A stretch of DNA of 64,000 bases from Actinomycetes bacterium (lineage in GTDB: Bacteria; Actinomycetota; Acidimicrobiia; Acidimicrobiales; RAAP-2): assembly GCA_021778895.1 (NCBI GenBank), contig JAJYBR010000001.1, forward strand, positions 228,386 to 292,385, read 5' to 3'. Both the position numbers and the translations under genes were made by a program. Numbering within the stretch: position 1 is the stretch's first letter; every line of letters starts with the position of its first letter. Shown one piece after another: positions 25,292 through 34,768 of this stretch. A model generated the notes under the pieces. That model had not been told where the DNA came from. It was given only the letters and a program-made list of their open reading frames with translations, and searched no databases.

Positions 25292-25642
25292 ATGCACGTG
25301 CTGCTGATCCTCAACGACCCGCCCTACGGCAGTGAGCGGACCTACAACGCGCTGCGCCTGGCGCTGAACCTGGTGCGGCGCGACGACGTCGACGTAAGCG
25401 TGTTCCTCATGGGTGACGCCGTCTGGGCCGCCAAGGAGGGGCAGGCGACGCCCGAGGGCTACTACAACGCCGGGCGGATGCTGCGCGGGATCGTGGGCAA
25501 GGGCGCGCGGCTCCTGGTGTGCGGCACCTGCATCGACACGCGCGGACTCGCGGTCGACGAGATGATCGAGGGCGCGCAGCGCTCGTCGATGGACGAGCTG
25601 GGCGACCTGGCGCTAGGAGCCGACCGCTCCCTCGTCTTCTAG
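25292..25642 (+). CDS. DsrE/DsrF-like family protein
   Basis: MHVLLILNDPPYGSERTYNALRLALNL...VFLMGDAVWAA...LLVCGTCIDTRG. 116 aa. Confidence 0.75.
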   Translation: MHVLLILNDPPYGSERTYNALRLALNLVRRDDVDVSVFLMGDAVWAAKEGQATPEGYYNAGRMLRGIVGKGARLLVCGTCIDTRGLAVDEMIEGAQRSSMDELGDLALGADRSLVF

Positions 25643-26899
25643 GGCGGCGGGTGCACGCCCGTCCTCGGCGGGCGAGAGATGGCGGCGCAGGCCGAGCATG
25701 AGTGCCGAGCCGAGGAGCGCCGTCAGGGCGGTCGAAATCGGCCACCAGGTGCCCAGATGGTGGCCGAAGTACACCGCGACGAGCAACGGGGCGACGGTGC
25801 CCGAGAGTCCCCACGACAGGCCCGCCGCGGCGTTGTAGCGACCGCGCAGGTGCTCGGGGGCGATCTCGTTGACGAGCGCCGGTCCCACCGGGGAGAGCAT
25901 GGTCTCCCCGAAGGCGAACACGGACATCGAGATCGCCAGCACGATGAAGGCCCACAGCGCGGGCAGGTGCAGGGCCAGGTCCAGCGAGACCCAGAACAGC
26001 GCCCACAGGACGCCGACGACGGCCAGCACCCGCGTGCGGCTCCGGCCCTTGATGAGCGAGAGGGTGAACAGCTGGGCCACGACGATCGTCGAGGTGTTGA
26101 AGAAGAAGATCACCCCGATGAGGTGCACGGTCAGGTGCACCTTGTTGACGACGAACAGGCTGTAGCCGGCCTCCTGGGAGCCGTAGCCCCCCGTGATCAG
26201 GACGATGGCGGCGATGACGTAGCGCACCAGTCGCCGGTCGCGCAGGACGGTGCGCCATCCCGCGTCGGCATTGCGCTCGCGCTCCTCGCGCGGGATGGCC
26301 TGGCCGAAGCGCCACAGGCGCAGCAGCAGTCCGGCCGACACCAGCGTGACGACCGCGTTCACCGTGTACAGGACGGTGAAGGTGATCGGGTGGTGCAGGT
26401 CCACGATCGAGGCCGAGATCAGCCCGCCAAAGCCGATTCCGAGGTTCAGCAGCATGAAGTTCAGGCCGAAAGCGTGCTGGAGGTCGTCGGGGCACAGCCG
26501 GGCGAGCATCGTCGAGGTCGGTCCATAGCCCGCGCCGCCCACGGCTGCCAGGGCCAGCGCCGCTGTGACCGCCGAAGTGGGCGTCGTGACGTGGGCCCAC
26601 CACAGGAGCACCAGCGCGTCGGCCGCGAGCCCGGAGATGCCGACGGGCGCCGGGCCGAAGCGGTCGACCATCGTTCCCCAGAGGGGACCGATCGTCAGGC
26701 TCACCAGCGCGGCGGCCGCGAGCAAGGTCGTGGAGAAGGCCGTCGAGAAGTGGCGCACGTTGTGCAGGTAGATGACGAAGAAGGACAGCGTGAGTCCCGA
26801 CCCGATCGCGTTGATGAACGTGACGACGTACATCAGGCGCAAGGGACCCGTCAGGCTCTTGCGAAAGCTCTGCGGTACGAGTTGGTCGGTAAATTTCAC
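25613..26899 (-). CDS. MFS transporter
   Basis: 428 aa with about 12 hydrophobic segments. Starts at GTG 26899. GPLWGTMVDRFGP resembles MFS motif A. Overlaps the convergent DsrE gene by 30 nt. Confidence 0.8.
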   Translation of the reverse strand: MKFTDQLVPQSFRKSLTGPLRLMYVVTFINAIGSGLTLSFFVIYLHNVRHFSTAFSTTLLAAAALVSLTIGPLWGTMVDRFGPAPVGISGLAADALVLLWWAHVTTPTSAVTAALALAAVGGAGYGPTSTMLARLCPDDLQHAFGLNFMLLNLGIGFGGLISASIVDLHHPITFTVLYTVNAVVTLVSAGLLLRLWRFGQAIPREERERNADAGWRTVLRDRRLVRYVIAAIVLITGGYGSQEAGYSLFVVNKVHLTVHLIGVIFFFNTSTIVVAQLFTLSLIKGRSRTRVLAVVGVLWALFWVSLDLALHLPALWAFIVLAISMSVFAFGETMLSPVGPALVNEIAPEHLRGRYNAAAGLSWGLSGTVAPLLVAVYFGHHLGTWWPISTALTALLGSALMLGLRRHLSPAEDGRAPAALEDEGAVGS

Positions 26900-26955
26900 G
26901 AGCCGACCAGCCTACGCCGGGGCCGCATGACAGAGACGTGAAGATTTTCCCAAAA

Positions 26956-27246
26956 TCACGATGGCGTCAGGCCGCGCAACCTCTCGACCACCGCGGCGAA
27001 GGCCGGTGGCGGGTCGTCGATGGCGACGACCTTGCGCCGCGACCGGGCGCCGTGCTCGAGGCGCACGGCCCGCGCGGGGAGTCCCAGGGCCACTGCCAGG
27101 AGGGCCAGCGCCTCGCGCGTCGCGCGTCCGTCGTGGGCGGTGGCGTGCACGCGCACGATCAGCGCATCGTCGAACGTGCCACCGACCCCGGGTGTCGACG
27201 AGCCGGGTCGCACGTGCACGGCGAGCCGTTGGACGGAGTCGGCCAC
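26956..27246 (-). CDS. DUF167 (YggU-like) protein
   Basis: LAVHVRPGSSTPGVGGTFDDALIVRVHATAHDGRATREALALLAVALGLPARAVRLEHGARSRRKVV is the typical DUF167 pattern. 96 aa. Confidence 0.7.
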   Translation of the reverse strand: MADSVQRLAVHVRPGSSTPGVGGTFDDALIVRVHATAHDGRATREALALLAVALGLPARAVRLEHGARSRRKVVAIDDPPPAFAAVVERLRGLTPS

Positions 27247-27309
27247 GGCGCGGTTCTAGCACCCGATAGGGGGCTGACTAGGATGTACCGGCAAGTAAGG
27301 GGGTTACGC

Positions 27310-29004
27310 ATGGCCACGTACGACGAGGCGCTGGCGACGGTGACCGGACCTGGGCAGGTCTTCGAGATCACCGACCCGACTGGCCCCGGTCCCTCGTCGC
27401 GGCGCTATGCGAACGCCCCCGCGACGATGAAGACGTTCTTCGACCAGCTGCGCGGCGACGATCGCGTCTTCATCGCCTACGAGGGCGAGGAGTGGTCCTA
27501 CAACCGCGTCAAGGACGAGATCGACGCCCTCGGCGCGACGCTCGTGCACCGTTACGGCATCGCCGTGGGTGACCGGGTCGGCATCGCGATGCGCAACCTC
27601 CCCGAGTGGGTCGTCGCCTTCGGGGCGATCTTGTCGGTGGGTGCGGTGTCCGTCTCGCTGAACGCCTGGTGGACCCAGGACGAGCTCGATTACGCGATCG
27701 AAGACTCCGACCCACGACTCGTCCTGGTGGACGGTCAACGCGTCGAGCGCGTCGCGGCGACGGCGCAGCGCACCGGGATTCCCGTGATCGTGGCTCGGGC
27801 CGATGGCGTCGAGTTGCCCGCCGGGATGGAGCATTGGCACGACGTGGTCGTTCCCGGTGCCGAGCTGCCGGTCGTGGAGTTCGACGGGTCGAGCGACGCG
27901 ACGATCCTGTACACGTCGGGCACGACGGGGCGGCCCAAGGGCGCGGTCTCGACGCACGACGCGCTCTCCCAGGCGGTGGTCGCCTTCGCCGCCGATTCGT
28001 CGATCTTCGATCTGGTGCGCGGACCACGCGCCAGCTCGGGCCTGACCCCGTGCTTCATCCTCGTGGTGCCCCTCTTCCACGTCACGGGGTGCGTGCCGGT
28101 CATGATGTCGTGCGTCGCGTGGCACTTCAAGCTGGTCATCATGTACCGGTGGGACCCGGAGCAGGCGCTCGAGCTGATCCAGCGCCACCAGGTGACGCGT
28201 TTCGTCGGCGTGCCCACCCAGGTGTGGGACCTGATGGAGTCCCCGCGCTTCGGCGACTTCGACACCAGCTCGCTGTCGTTGGTGGGTGGAGGCGGCGCGC
28301 CGGCTCCGCCGGCGCTGGTCGCGCGCGTGGGCCGCTCCTTCTCGCGCGGCCTCCCGTCCCTGGGCTACGGCATGACCGAGACCAACGCGTACGGGCCCGG
28401 GAATGTCGGCGCGGAGTACGAGAGCCACCCCACATCGACCGGTCGGGCCCGGGGCCCAGTGATGGACGCGTCGATTCGCGACCCCAACGGTGCCGAGGTC
28501 GCGCCGGGCGAGCGGGGCGAGATCTGGCTGCGCGGGCCCACGCTGATTCGCGGGTACTGGAACCGACCCGCCGACACGGAGGCCGCCCTCCACGAGGGGT
28601 GGCTGCGCACGGGAGATGTGGGTCGCGTCGATGCCGAGGGCTTCCTCTACATCGAGGATCGCGCCAAGGACCTGATCCTGCGCGGCGGCGAGAACGTCTA
28701 CTCGGCCGAGGTGGAGTCCGCGCTCTACGCGCTGAGCGCCGTCTACGAGGCCGCGGTCTTCGCCCTGCCCAACGAGCGGCTGGGCGAGGAGGTGGCGTGC
28801 GTCGTCCGCCTGCGTAGCGGGATGTCCCTGACCGCCGACGAGCTGCGCGAGCAGCTGGCCGAGCACCTCGCCGCCTACAAGATCCCGAGTCGCGTGGCCT
28901 TCACCACGGATCCCCTGCCGCGCAATCCCGCGGGCAAGCTGCTCAAGCGGACGATGCCCGGTCTCTACTTCTCCGAGGCCAGCGACAACGCAGCGCGCGC
29001 GTAG
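27310..29004 (+). CDS. AMP-dependent acyl-CoA synthetase/ligase (FadD-like)
   Basis: ATG 27310 follows AAGGGGG, within ORF 26938..29004. ILYTSGTTGRPKGAV (AMP-binding motif), GYGMTETN, WLRTGDVG, IEDRAKDLILRGGENVYSAEVE, PRNPAGKLLKR. Confidence 0.9.
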   Translation: MATYDEALATVTGPGQVFEITDPTGPGPSSRRYANAPATMKTFFDQLRGDDRVFIAYEGEEWSYNRVKDEIDALGATLVHRYGIAVGDRVGIAMRNLPEWVVAFGAILSVGAVSVSLNAWWTQDELDYAIEDSDPRLVLVDGQRVERVAATAQRTGIPVIVARADGVELPAGMEHWHDVVVPGAELPVVEFDGSSDATILYTSGTTGRPKGAVSTHDALSQAVVAFAADSSIFDLVRGPRASSGLTPCFILVVPLFHVTGCVPVMMSCVAWHFKLVIMYRWDPEQALELIQRHQVTRFVGVPTQVWDLMESPRFGDFDTSSLSLVGGGGAPAPPALVARVGRSFSRGLPSLGYGMTETNAYGPGNVGAEYESHPTSTGRARGPVMDASIRDPNGAEVAPGERGEIWLRGPTLIRGYWNRPADTEAALHEGWLRTGDVGRVDAEGFLYIEDRAKDLILRGGENVYSAEVESALYALSAVYEAAVFALPNERLGEEVACVVRLRSGMSLTADELREQLAEHLAAYKIPSRVAFTTDPLPRNPAGKLLKRTMPGLYFSEASDNAARA

Positions 29005-29390
29005 TCGGCGACGTTGGCGCCCCCGAGGTCGCCCAGAGGGAACCAGCGCGCCTGGTCCGTCGTCCCGGAAGCCTCGTCGCGCAGGGTGCCTCCCCGTTGG
29101 CGCACGCGGTAGTGGATGCGGACGGTGTGGATCCGGTCGCCGTTGTCGCGGCGGCGCAGATCGCTGGTGACGCCGAGCAGCGTGGGGTGCGCGACCACCA
29201 GTCCCGTTTCCTCGGTGAACTCACGGAGCAGAGCCTGCTCGGGCGTCTCGCCGAAGTCCAGCCCGCCTCCGGGCAGCCACCACAGCGGTGGCTGGAAGTC
29301 GGGGCTGCTCGAGCGCACCAAGAGGACGCGGGATTCCTCGATGAGCACGCCATAGGCGCGCACCGTGGTGTGCTCGCGTCGTTGGCTCAC
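28965..29390 (-). CDS. NUDIX hydrolase
   Basis: The Nudix box is LPGGGLDFGETPEQALLREFTEETGL. 141 aa. Overlaps the convergent acyl-CoA ligase by 40 nt. Confidence 0.88.
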   Translation of the reverse strand: MSQRREHTTVRAYGVLIEESRVLLVRSSSPDFQPPLWWLPGGGLDFGETPEQALLREFTEETGLVVAHPTLLGVTSDLRRRDNGDRIHTVRIHYRVRQRGGTLRDEASGTTDQARWFPLGDLGGANVADYARAALSLASEK

Positions 29391-30793
29391 GAGGGCAGGC
29401 CGTGGAGCGCCAGGTAGGCGCGCCGGCAGCCGGGACCACAGAAGTAGTACATCTCCCCGTCGGGGCCGGTCGCGCTCAGCGCCTCGGCCGAGTTGACGCG
29501 CATCTCGCAGATGGGGTCGACGGCGTCGCCGTGGGGGTCATCGTGCATGCTCATGGTGGTGGGTTCCTCTCCCTGGTCGAACCGCTCGGCGCAACGCAGC
29601 GAGCAGAAGTAGTACGTGGTGCCGGCGCGCGTGCGCGTGGCGACGGGTGCGGTGACGTCGACGCTCATCCCGCAGATGGGATCGCGCGCGGCCAGATCGG
29701 ACTCGTCGCCCGGCGTGCGCGAGACCGCGAACAAGGTGACGAGCAGGGCCGTGGCCACGACATTGGCGACGAGCGTCGCGCCCAGGGGGAAGTGCCCGGT
29801 GAGCGCGGGGGCGTGGCGCGAGGACGGGATCAGGCCGAGACCGCGGAAGACCTCACCGGTGAGGAATCCGCCGCCGGACATGACCAGCCACAGGAGGCCG
29901 AAGAGCCGGGCCGCGGCCGCAGTGCCGTAGAAGCGCCGGTAGATGAGCAGGAGGGGCAGGGTCACCAGGTCCGCGAAGATGAAGGCGATGACGCCGCCGA
30001 AGGCGACGCCGTGGGCCCACAGCGCCGCCGCCAGGGGGATGTTGCCGACCGAGCACACGAACGACACGACCGCGACCAGCGGCGCGAGCACGGCGTTCTC
30101 CAGCGCCGTGGCCGTGCCGTGGCCGGTGAAGAAGATGTGGGACCACCACAGCGCGGGGACGTGCACGCTCAAGAAGCCGGCGATGATGAAGCCTGCCGCC
30201 AGCTCCTTGCGCAGCATGGTCAGGTCGCCGATCGTGTAGCGGGCGGCCAGGCGGTAGTGGCGCCGGGTGGCCAGGCGCTCGCGCCAGGTGGAGCACGCGG
30301 GCTGGACCGGGGGAGGAGCGTTCTCCAACACGTGGGCGTAGAGGTCGCGTTGCTGGTTCCCGCGGAAGAAGACCGCGGTCAGGAGGGCGAGGGCCACGAT
30401 CATGATCACGCCACCGGCCAGCTGCGCGGCCAGGAACTGCCAGCCGAGCAGGAGGTAGAGCACGATGCCGAGCTCGATCACCAGGTTGGTGGAGGCCACC
30501 ATGAAGACCAGGGAGTTGGTCAGGGAGGACCCGCGTGCGAACAGGGCCCGGCTCATGGCGCTGGCCGCGTAGCTGCACGACGAGGAGATGACGCCGAGCA
30601 CCGATGCCTTGGCGACGCTCGCGGGTGTGGTGGTCCCGAGCTGCGCGCGCAGCGCGTCACGAGGCAGGAAGCTCTGGAGCAGTCCCGAGAGGGTGAACCC
30701 CAGCACCAGGGGCCACCAGGTGATCCAGACCATCGCGGCGCTCTCGCGGAGACCTGTGCCGATCCAGCTCGCGGCCGGACCAATCCACGTCAC
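29387..30793 (-). CDS. Permease (ArsP/UPF0718-like) fused to two C-terminal YHS/TRASH metal-binding domains
   Basis: GTG 30793 lies 5 nt after AGGAGG, within ORF 29387..30871. The polytopic core has SSCSYAASAM and FVCSVGNIPLAAALW half-repeats. The C-terminus carries DPICGMSVDV...TTYYFCSLRCAERF and DPICEMRVNS...EMYYFCGPGCRRAY. Confidence 0.75.
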   Translation of the reverse strand: MTWIGPAASWIGTGLRESAAMVWITWWPLVLGFTLSGLLQSFLPRDALRAQLGTTTPASVAKASVLGVISSSCSYAASAMSRALFARGSSLTNSLVFMVASTNLVIELGIVLYLLLGWQFLAAQLAGGVIMIVALALLTAVFFRGNQQRDLYAHVLENAPPPVQPACSTWRERLATRRHYRLAARYTIGDLTMLRKELAAGFIIAGFLSVHVPALWWSHIFFTGHGTATALENAVLAPLVAVVSFVCSVGNIPLAAALWAHGVAFGGVIAFIFADLVTLPLLLIYRRFYGTAAAARLFGLLWLVMSGGGFLTGEVFRGLGLIPSSRHAPALTGHFPLGATLVANVVATALLVTLFAVSRTPGDESDLAARDPICGMSVDVTAPVATRTRAGTTYYFCSLRCAERFDQGEEPTTMSMHDDPHGDAVDPICEMRVNSAEALSATGPDGEMYYFCGPGCRRAYLALHGLPS

Positions 30794-30855
30794 TCGCACC
30801 TCCTGGGTCGTGACGATCTTAGGGGTGCCGGGCGGCGGGCTCGTACGATGGCCCG

Positions 30856-31296
30856 GTGGGCGCTGACGCACGCGACGAGTCGCGAAGGGACGCCATCATC
30901 CTCGGGGACGACGCGTACCTACCCGCAGCACGCATCAGCGTGCGCACCACGACCAGCGGCGGTCCGGGGGGCCAGCACGCCAACCGGACCCGGTCGCGCG
31001 TCAGCCTCAGCGCGGCGTGGGACGACGTCGTTGGCCTGGACGACGCCCGGCGTTCCGCGGCGGTGGCCCGAACCGGAGCCGTCGTGCGAACCGCGAGCAG
31101 CCGGCACCGGTCCCAGCAGCAGAACCGGGAGGCCGCCCTCGAGCGGCTGAGCGCACGGATGCGGGCTGCTCTCGAGGTCGAGACGCCGCGCCGTCCCACG
31201 CGGCCGCCGCGGCGAGCCGCCGAGCGGCGACTGGAGGACAAGCGCGCCACCTCGCTGCGCAAGAGCTGGCGGCGCCCGCCCGACGCGCGGGAGTGA
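30856..31296 (+). CDS. arfB: Peptidyl-tRNA hydrolase ArfB (RF-1 domain ribosome-rescue factor)
   Basis: SGGPGGQHANRTRSRVSL (GGQ motif) plus a basic C-terminal tail. 146 aa. Starts at GTG. Confidence 0.8.
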   Translation: MGADARDESRRDAIILGDDAYLPAARISVRTTTSGGPGGQHANRTRSRVSLSAAWDDVVGLDDARRSAAVARTGAVVRTASSRHRSQQQNREAALERLSARMRAALEVETPRRPTRPPRRAAERRLEDKRATSLRKSWRRPPDARE

Positions 31297-31297
31297 C

Positions 31298-32149
31298 TCA
31301 GCGCGCCCGGGTGAGGTGGCGGGCGATGGCGTCCAGAGCGGCCGCCATGGTCGTGTCCAGACCTGGGTCGTCGTCCTCGTGGGGGCCCCGCAACGGTGTC
31401 AGCGAGGCGTAGCCGGCGGCGATCAGCGCGCCGTCGTCGTCGACGGACTCGTCGCTGACGTCGCCCAGCTGGGGAGAGGCGGAGCCCAGGCGGAGCGGCA
31501 GCTCGCCGACCTCGTCGAGCGGTCCGAATCCCGCGTGCACGCCAGCGTCGGCGACGACACCGGCGAGCGAGACGTGGCCGTGGCGCACCCCACGCAGCCG
31601 CGCCGCGGGCAGGTTCGGCACGTTGAGGTTGAGCAGGGTGCGTGACGGAGCCTGGAGCAGCTGCTCGAGGACCTCGAGGGCGACGGCCGCCGCCGTGTCG
31701 TAGTGGACCTCCTCGCCCCACTGCACCGACACCGCCATGCCGGACAGGCCCAGCTGGCCGGCCGTGAAGATGGCTCCGATCGTCCCCGAGTGCAAGATGC
31801 TGCGACCGACGTTGGCCCCGGGGTTGATCCCGGCGATCACGACGTCGGGCAGGGGCCCGAAGCCGCCGATGGATCCCAGGAGGGCGCACATGGCCGGCGG
31901 CGCGTCGAGGGCGTAGGCCGGGATCGACTCAGCGCCGGGAATCGGGCGGCGGCGGTACGGGACGGTCGGGCGCGCAAAGACGTCCCCGACGGCCGCCGAC
32001 ATGCCGGAGTAGTTGGTGTCGGGTGCCACGACCAGCACCTCACGCACCTCGTCGGCCGGAGCCTCGTCGGCCCAGCGAGCCAGGGCGCGAGCCAGGACCG
32101 CGAGCCCGTCGGCGTCGATGCCATCGTCGTTGGTGAGCAGCACACGCAT
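31298..32149 (-). CDS. surE: 5'/3'-nucleotidase SurE
   Basis: Internal ATG 32149 of ORF 31298..32197. MRVLLTNDDGIDADGLAVLARAL, NYSGMSAAV, GINPGANVGRSILHSGTIGA. Confidence 0.9.
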   Translation of the reverse strand: MRVLLTNDDGIDADGLAVLARALARWADEAPADEVREVLVVAPDTNYSGMSAAVGDVFARPTVPYRRRPIPGAESIPAYALDAPPAMCALLGSIGGFGPLPDVVIAGINPGANVGRSILHSGTIGAIFTAGQLGLSGMAVSVQWGEEVHYDTAAAVALEVLEQLLQAPSRTLLNLNVPNLPAARLRGVRHGHVSLAGVVADAGVHAGFGPLDEVGELPLRLGSASPQLGDVSDESVDDDGALIAAGYASLTPLRGPHEDDDPGLDTTMAAALDAIARHLTRAR

Positions 32150-32197
32150 ATGCACGACCCTAACGGGCCTCGGTAACCTACCTGGAGAGGAGTCCAC

Positions 32198-33109
32198 GTG
32201 CTGCCATCAGGTGAGCAGATTGCCATTGCGCACGGCGACCAGCGCGCCGTCGTGACCGAGGTGGGGGCGACACTGCGCACCTACGTCCAAGGAGGCGTGC
32301 CGGTCGTCGAGGGATTCAGCGGTGACGAGGTGCCCCTGGGCGGGCACGGGCAGGTCCTCTTCCCCTGGCCGAACCGGCTGGGGGTCGAGCCCTGGCGCTT
32401 CGCCGACCGCTCGGGACAGCCCTCCGTCGACGAGCTGTCGGGTGCGACCGGACTCCACGGACTGGTGCGCTGGCGCCCCTTCCGCGTCGAGTCGGTCAAT
32501 CAGAATCGCTGCGTCCTCTCCCTCTTGCTGCACCCGTCGCCGGCGTTTCCCTTCGCCGTCAGCATCGACGTCGCCTACCACCTCGGCTCTCTCGGGCTGA
32601 CCGTCACCTCGACGGTGACGAACCGTGACGAGGTGCCACTGCCCTTCGGCCTGGGCTTCCACCCGTATCTGGCGGTCACCAGCCCGACCATCGAGGGGGC
32701 GACGCTGCTGGTGCCGGCGCGCTCGTACGTCGCGGTCAACGATCGGCACCTGCCCACGGGCGAGATCCTTCCGGTGACCGGGGGAGAGCTCGACTTCACG
32801 AGCGCCAAGTCGGTCAACGGCCATGAACTCGACGTCACCTACACCGACCTGGACCGCGACGACTACGGACTGGCCACGACGACCGTGGTCGACCGGAGCG
32901 GGGGCATCGTCGACCTCAGCGTCGACCGGAACTTCCCCTATCTGCAGGTCTACACCGGTGACCAACTGGGTCACGGTCGCCGTCGCACCGCGGTGGCCGT
33001 CGAGCCGATGACGTGCCCGCCCGACGCCTTGCGCTCGGGCAAGGACCTGGTCGTGCTGGAGCCGGGTCAACACTGGGCCGGATCCTGGCGCATGCGGAGG
33101 CGGCCGTGA
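32198..33109 (+). CDS. Aldose 1-epimerase family protein
   Basis: GGHGQVLFPWPNRL, GLHGLVRW, GLGFHPYL and VAVEPMTCPPDAL. 303 aa. Confidence 0.85.
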   Translation: MLPSGEQIAIAHGDQRAVVTEVGATLRTYVQGGVPVVEGFSGDEVPLGGHGQVLFPWPNRLGVEPWRFADRSGQPSVDELSGATGLHGLVRWRPFRVESVNQNRCVLSLLLHPSPAFPFAVSIDVAYHLGSLGLTVTSTVTNRDEVPLPFGLGFHPYLAVTSPTIEGATLLVPARSYVAVNDRHLPTGEILPVTGGELDFTSAKSVNGHELDVTYTDLDRDDYGLATTTVVDRSGGIVDLSVDRNFPYLQVYTGDQLGHGRRRTAVAVEPMTCPPDALRSGKDLVVLEPGQHWAGSWRMRRRP

Positions 33110-33831
33110 GTGGTCGCGTGGTCCTCGTGACCGGATCGACGAGCGGGATCGGCCGGGCGACGGCCGAGCGCTTCGCGGCGCGCGGTGACGTCGTCGTCTT
33201 CAACTCGTCGCGCAGCGCCGACGAGGGTGCCCGGCTCGCCCGAGCCACCCCGGGTGCGCACTACATCCAAGGGTCGATTGGCGCTGAGGGTGGGCCCGAA
33301 TCCCTCGTCGCCGAGGTCCTCGACCGCTGCGGCCGACTCGATGTGCTGGTCAACAATGCCGCCACGACGCGCGCGATCCCGCACCGGGACCTCGCCGCGG
33401 CGAGCCCGGAGGTCTGGCGCGAGATCTTCGAGGTCAACGTCTTTGGGACCTGGTCCATGTGCGTGGCCGCGATGGACGCGCTCACGGCGGCTCACGGGTC
33501 CATCGTCAACGTGGGATCGATCGCGGGCATCCGCCCGACGGGATCGTCCATCCCCTACGCGGCCTCCAAGGCCGCCCTGCACCACTTGACCGTCCTGTTG
33601 GCCAAGACGGTCGGGCCGGCGGTCCGGGTGAACGCCGTTGCGCCCGGGCTGGTGGACACGCCCTGGACGGCCTCGTGGACCCGCGCTCGCGAGCGCGCCG
33701 AGGCGAACGCGCCGCTGCGCCGCAGTGGGAAGCCCGACGACATCGCCGAGGTGATCGTCGACGTCGCGGGACACGCCTACCTCACTGGACAGGTGATTGT
33801 CGTGGACGGGGGACTGGGACTCGTCTCGTGA
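33106..33831 (+). CDS. SDR-family oxidoreductase
   Basis: GTG 33106 overlaps the previous stop (GTGA). VVLVTGSTSGIGRATAERFA, NNAA, YAASKAAL (YxxxK), AVAPGLVDTPW. Confidence 0.9.
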   Translation: MSGRVVLVTGSTSGIGRATAERFAARGDVVVFNSSRSADEGARLARATPGAHYIQGSIGAEGGPESLVAEVLDRCGRLDVLVNNAATTRAIPHRDLAAASPEVWREIFEVNVFGTWSMCVAAMDALTAAHGSIVNVGSIAGIRPTGSSIPYAASKAALHHLTVLLAKTVGPAVRVNAVAPGLVDTPWTASWTRARERAEANAPLRRSGKPDDIAEVIVDVAGHAYLTGQVIVVDGGLGLVS

Positions 33832-33838
33832 CGGTCGT

Positions 33839-34768
33839 CTAGGCGACGACGGGGGGCATGATCGCGCGCAGCGTGGCGCCCACGCCGCGCATCGCCAGAC
33901 GCACCATTTCGGGTCGCCGCGAGGGCGCACGCTCACCCAGCAGCTCGAGCGCCCATGGCGGAAGCAGGTCGAGGGCGCTCGCCACGATCAGCCGGTACAC
34001 GGCTGGGGCGACCACGCCGGCGCTCACGCCCGCGCGCAGGAAGTCGCGTGCCTCGACGCCGTCCCGGCTCAGGCGCAGCTCGGGGCGAAACGCGGTCAGT
34101 TGGGTCGTGAGCTCGCGCCACGTGCGCGGCGGGGCCTCGGCGCCCAGGTCGAGGGCCAGGCGGGCCATCTCGTCGACGTACCGGTCGGCATCGGCGGGCG
34201 AGAGCCGTCGGGGCCCGTAGCGTCGGTACGACGCCCAGAAGGCGTAGGTACCCGCATCGTGCACCCAGGCCAGCAGATGCGGGTCGTTGGCCGCGTAGGG
34301 CGCACCATCGTCGGCGGTTCCCGTCACCCGCTCGTGTCCGGCACGGACGCGCGCGATCGCCGCGTGGGCAGCGTCGCGCGTGCCGTACGTCGTCTCGGCG
34401 ATGAAGCGCGCCGTTTGGCCCACGCGGCCGAGCGCGTCCTCGCGATAGCGCGAGTGGTCCGCGACGCCCGCCATGGAGTGCGGGTGGAGCATCTCGAAGA
34501 AGAGTGCGGCCACCCCGCCGACGAGCATGGCGGGCAGGTCCCCGTGCACCAGGCGGGCGGTGCCGCCCACGGGCTGGTAGGCCAGCACGGGGTCGTCGCA
34601 CACCGGAGGCGGGTCGCGATCGAGCCCGATGGCACGGCGGATCATGCGATCGGCGGGGGCCCGCCACCCGTGGCCCCGTGGCGTGGGCTCCCGATGGTGT
34701 TCCAGGTCGCGCACGGGGCCAGTGTAAGGAGGTGCGCTGGCGCGCTGCCGTCTGCGACACTGGGACAT
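33839..34768 (-). CDS. MpaB/DUF2236-family oxygenase-like protein
   Basis: VHGDLPAMLVGGVAALFFEMLHPHSMAGVADHSRYRED, ETTYGTRDAAHAAIARVRAGHERV, NDPHLLAWVH. The start is uncertain: ATG 34768 (shares CATG with the clpS start) or ATG 34645. Confidence 0.7.
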   Translation of the reverse strand: MSQCRRRQRASAPPYTGPVRDLEHHREPTPRGHGWRAPADRMIRRAIGLDRDPPPVCDDPVLAYQPVGGTARLVHGDLPAMLVGGVAALFFEMLHPHSMAGVADHSRYREDALGRVGQTARFIAETTYGTRDAAHAAIARVRAGHERVTGTADDGAPYAANDPHLLAWVHDAGTYAFWASYRRYGPRRLSPADADRYVDEMARLALDLGAEAPPRTWRELTTQLTAFRPELRLSRDGVEARDFLRAGVSAGVVAPAVYRLIVASALDLLPPWALELLGERAPSRRPEMVRLAMRGVGATLRAIMPPVVA

